A stretch of 64,000 nucleotides of DNA, from the NCBI RefSeq assembly GCF_018977255.1, contig NW_024704742.1, forward strand, positions 32,862,001 through 32,926,000, given 5' to 3'. Positions within the stretch are counted from its first letter, which is position 1, and every line of letters begins with the position of its first letter. Source of the DNA: Callorhinchus milii (Eukaryota). The translations under genes and the position numbers were made by a program. The notes below the pieces were generated by a model. The model worked only from the letters and a program-made list of their open reading frames with translations. It was not told the origin of the DNA and did not search any database. Positions 60,576 to 64,000 of this stretch are shown one piece after another.

Positions 60576-61280
60576 GTAATGTTTGCACCTTGGGCAATGA
60601 AATTGTCACATCAGCTATGACTTTGTTATTAGATGGCTGACAGATCTAACAAAAGGCAGCAAGCACCATGATAAACAATGTGTGTACAACCTGTCACTAA
60701 AATGTATAAGAAAGCTATGCAATAATTTAGCAAACAATAAAAGCATAGCAAATATATGGAGAAGTCAAAACATAACCTGACTCAATGTCACTCCACAGCA
60801 TAAAAATAATAATCCTTACATTTACATACTGCTTTTCACGTTGGCAGTATGTACCAAATCGCTTCACAGGATATACTGTAAAACATTACAACAGCATAAA
60901 CTTTCTGAGCTCCAAGTCTCAACATGAGTCACCTCCCCACCTCTTTCCAGCTTGGCAACAAGTTGGATGTTAAGATGCTAGGACACTATTTGAAAAGAGA
61001 AGGGAATTTCTCCAGGTGTCCTGGCCGACAATCCCCCAGATAAAGAATTGGTCATTCACTTCATTGACAGTTTGTAAGACTCTGTTGTGCACATATTGGC
61101 TGACAAATTTGCCTACAAAATACAGTCACTACACTTTACAGTAAATATCTGTGAAACAATTTGAGATGTCTTCTTGACCTGAATGTCACTATATCAAAGG
61201 TGAGGATATGGATATATTATATAAATATTTATACAATATACGAAAGAAATGAAAGAAATAATGTACATTATGGGTATTGT

Positions 61281-61632
61281 GCAGTCCTGTAGCTCAATGG
61301 TTAGATCACATGCCCCACAAGCGAGAGAGCTGGGTTTGATTCCCGGCAGGGCAAAATTGGGCAAGCTTCCTTCCTCCACACGCCTCTGTTTACCTAGCAG
61401 TAAGTAGGAACTCAGTTGTTAATCGATTGATGGATTGCTTTTCCGGGATAATAATTCCTTGAAAAAATAATAATAATAAATTGGTCACTCAACCCATGAC
61501 TGTTTGTGGGACAATCGGCTGCTGCGTTTCGCCCACAAAATCAATTCACTTTACAGTATATTCTGTGAAGTGCTTTGAGACGTCTCAAAGATGTGATGAG
61601 GTGCATATAAAATGCAAGGATTATTATTATTA
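61281..61632 (+). mobile_element. tRNA-derived SINE, long subfamily
   Basis: GCCTCTGTTTACCTAGCAGTAAGTAGGAAC central segment; (ATT)n tail. Confidence 0.9.
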
Positions 61633-63669
61633 CATAACAACTTCCCTGTGCCCCTGATGCAGGCTAGCGGCCAGAGTGCTTGAATATACCCATATATATA
61701 TTATATATATATGTATGTACACATGTGTGGGTGTAGTTTGGTGAACTCTGCACATAGTATAGCTTATTGTGCATGTTTTATGGCAGCAAAGTAACGGTTA
61801 CTTAGAAGAGATATACAAAAGGTTAAGTTTGTAGTACACTGGCCCGCAATCTGATGACGTTGTGCTTTGCCAAGCCTTCACACTTCAGAGATGATGCTGA
61901 CTCCCTTCAGAATTGATAGATTTAACGAAATACAGATGAGTTACTTTTGGTTTGTTTTCTATAATGCATCATTCAAAAGCAAGGAAATAATGAGCTTGTG
62001 TTCAATTTATAATACAAAAGGTGCCTTTTTCAAATAGCAACGTCTCCAAAATGCACTGTCCTTGAGCCCATTTTTATCAATTCAACCTCCTTACAACGTG
62101 CAGAATATTCAGCCAAAATATAACATTTTTAAATAACAGATTTATGCAACTCCCTTTCTATTCCTGCTGCCAGAGAAATAAAGTCATGATAGCAATGATT
62201 TCAGCAGTGAATTAATTGCTTACATGCAATGAGATATAGAACGCTCTTGAAACTTTTGAAAAGATGCCATTTCCAGCCCAATATTATTTATTTATCCAAG
62301 CCTTTCGATGTATCATGATCAGTCAGAAAGACTTTCCCAGAAAAGGCACAAATTGAAAGAAATGTATTTTTGTTTTAAGTAAATGAAATCTGAAGCAACT
62401 TTGTGCCTTAGTATTTTGGTAACAGGATGTGATTTGAGTGGCTGCATCTTTCGTATATCATTCTTAGAAGTGAGCCATGAAGTTCAGCCTTTAACTGGAT
62501 TGCTTATGTCGTGATTCAATCTTGGCTAATACCCAGCAGTAGATTACAGAATATGGTGAAGGTAGAGTGCATAGTTCTAAAGGGGATCTAGCATCAGCAC
62601 AGACCAAATGGCTTCCTTCTGTACTGTAACTTTCTATTATTCTTTGTTTCTATGTTTTAAAGGTCCCAACGCTTGAACCTGCAAATTTCTGACTCAAAGA
62701 GTGCTACAAAATGAGTCAAACTAACATATATTAAATTATATTGGAGGTTACCTGAATTGAACACATGGGACTGATTAAACCTTAACACAGTTAAGCAAAA
62801 CATGAATAAGCTTGTACAGCTATGGGATTAGATGCCAAGCAAGTGAGAAGGGAGAGAGGGAGGTAACCATAGGTACAGTCGAAGAGGTAAGGCATATAAT
62901 GGGATTGAAAGATAGATAAATAAATACACGACAGAGGGATTGAGGTAGGGTGGCAGGCACCACTGTTATAATAGGCAAAGGTGCAATAGTATAGTCCAAT
63001 TAATAATTTTCTTTTAGTGCCTCTAGGAATACAGTATGCAGTAAACTGTATAGATATCTTTGTTTACAAGAACACAATACTATTATCCCACCTAATAGTC
63101 TAACCAGAAATTGACAACCTATTCCAAGAAAATCACAGGTGCATCAGAACAGCAGACTATTCTGTAAGTGAAACTCTTTAAAGTCTCTAGAAGCCAAGGC
63201 CAAACTCTACCTCTGTAGTAACAGAACACTGATCCTTCCGCTCTGAGGAATTGTGCATCAGCCCACTTGCACACTGCATCACCAGTCTCTCCTCAACAGT
63301 GCATTCTTTATATCAAAACTGTGTGTTGCGATCTCATGGTTTGATCTCTTAAGAAATAGCATTGTTGAAAAGAATACAGCAGAGACACAGTCTGTCACTA
63401 TCTAGAATGCTAGTGAGTAAAAGCATTGGTAACAGTGCAGTTTTTCTTAGCTGTTACCACAGTCAGACACCTTAATGTCTCCAACCATATGTCACAGCCT
63501 CTTTAACTGACATCAATATGCCATCCAATGTCAGTATTCATTTGACACCAGAGATAAGTGCACCATGCACCTATTTAGAGAATTGATCTGTTATTATTTT
63601 GTAACCCTTACCCTACTGAATAAATAGGAATTTCTCATTGTAGCACAACAACTACTTGCATTTATATAG

Positions 63670-63816
63670 TGGACACTGCTGTGCGCAATTGGATGCTGCA
63701 TTTCGCCCACAAATATACAGTCAATTCACTTTACAATATATTCTGTGAAGTGCTTTGAGATGTCGAGAAGATGTGAAAAGCGCTATATCAAATGCAAGGA
63801 TTATTATTATTATTAT
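63670..63816 (+). mobile_element. 5'-truncated tRNA-SINE
   Basis: GGACACTGCTGTGCGCAATTGG...AAATGCAAGG(ATT)n. Confidence 0.88.
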
Positions 63817-64000
63817 ATAGCACCCTTCACACATTGTAATATCTGGAGCGCTTGTTGAAGCAATAACACAATACTTTTATGGTTAACCTTGATAAAAGAC
63901 TAACACGACTGCTATTCTGAGAATAATAGGGTAGGTTGAGATGTCTCCAGGGAACTCAGAGCATAATTCTCTGCAGTCACTTCTTGCAACCCCCAAAAGA

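Larger units (their letters stand above)
59987..60738 (+). repeat. Dispersed direct repeat, ~100 bp (59987-60085 and 60636-60738)
   Basis: GCTGA.AGATCTAAC.AAAGGCAGCA...ATAAACAATGTGT...CAACCTGTCACTAAAATGT.TAAGAAAGCTATGCAATAATTT.GCAAACAAT in both copies. Confidence 0.93.

Noticed and set aside
46960..64000. Exons of a neighbouring gene upstream of UGT8
   Set aside because: No ORF with recognisable non-TE protein similarity; small exons could be missed by eye.

Overview
Repeat-rich vertebrate DNA, not prokaryotic. The SINE/LINE content (tRNA-headed SINEs with Deu-like domains, L2, CR1, a Penelope-like remnant) suggests a cartilaginous fish, but that is inference. The only protein-coding gene I can support is UGT8 (ceramide galactosyltransferase) on the minus strand. 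Five GT-AG coding exons of 822, 143, 77, 220 and 355 bp (24959 down to 5728) splice in frame to 538 aa ending KHEKKVK. A ~2.3 kb repeat-poor 3' UTR probably ends near a poly(A) signal at 3450-3455. A candidate non-coding first exon and CpG-rich promoter at about 41.7-42.1 kb is flanked by a TTAGGG-containing G-rich minisatellite and a (TG)n-based minisatellite. The rest is nested mobile-element debris. The most unusual features are a near-perfect 83-bp-arm palindrome next to a decayed hammerhead-like remnant, an apparently inverted 1.15 kb block beside an assembly gap, an internally deleted single-ORF L2, an unclassified non-LTR family with an (ATTCC)n tail, chimeric SINE subfamilies that share a covarying 3' stem-loop with L2, and a duplicated ~100 bp unit carrying SOX-like motifs. 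I found no convincing new gene system.
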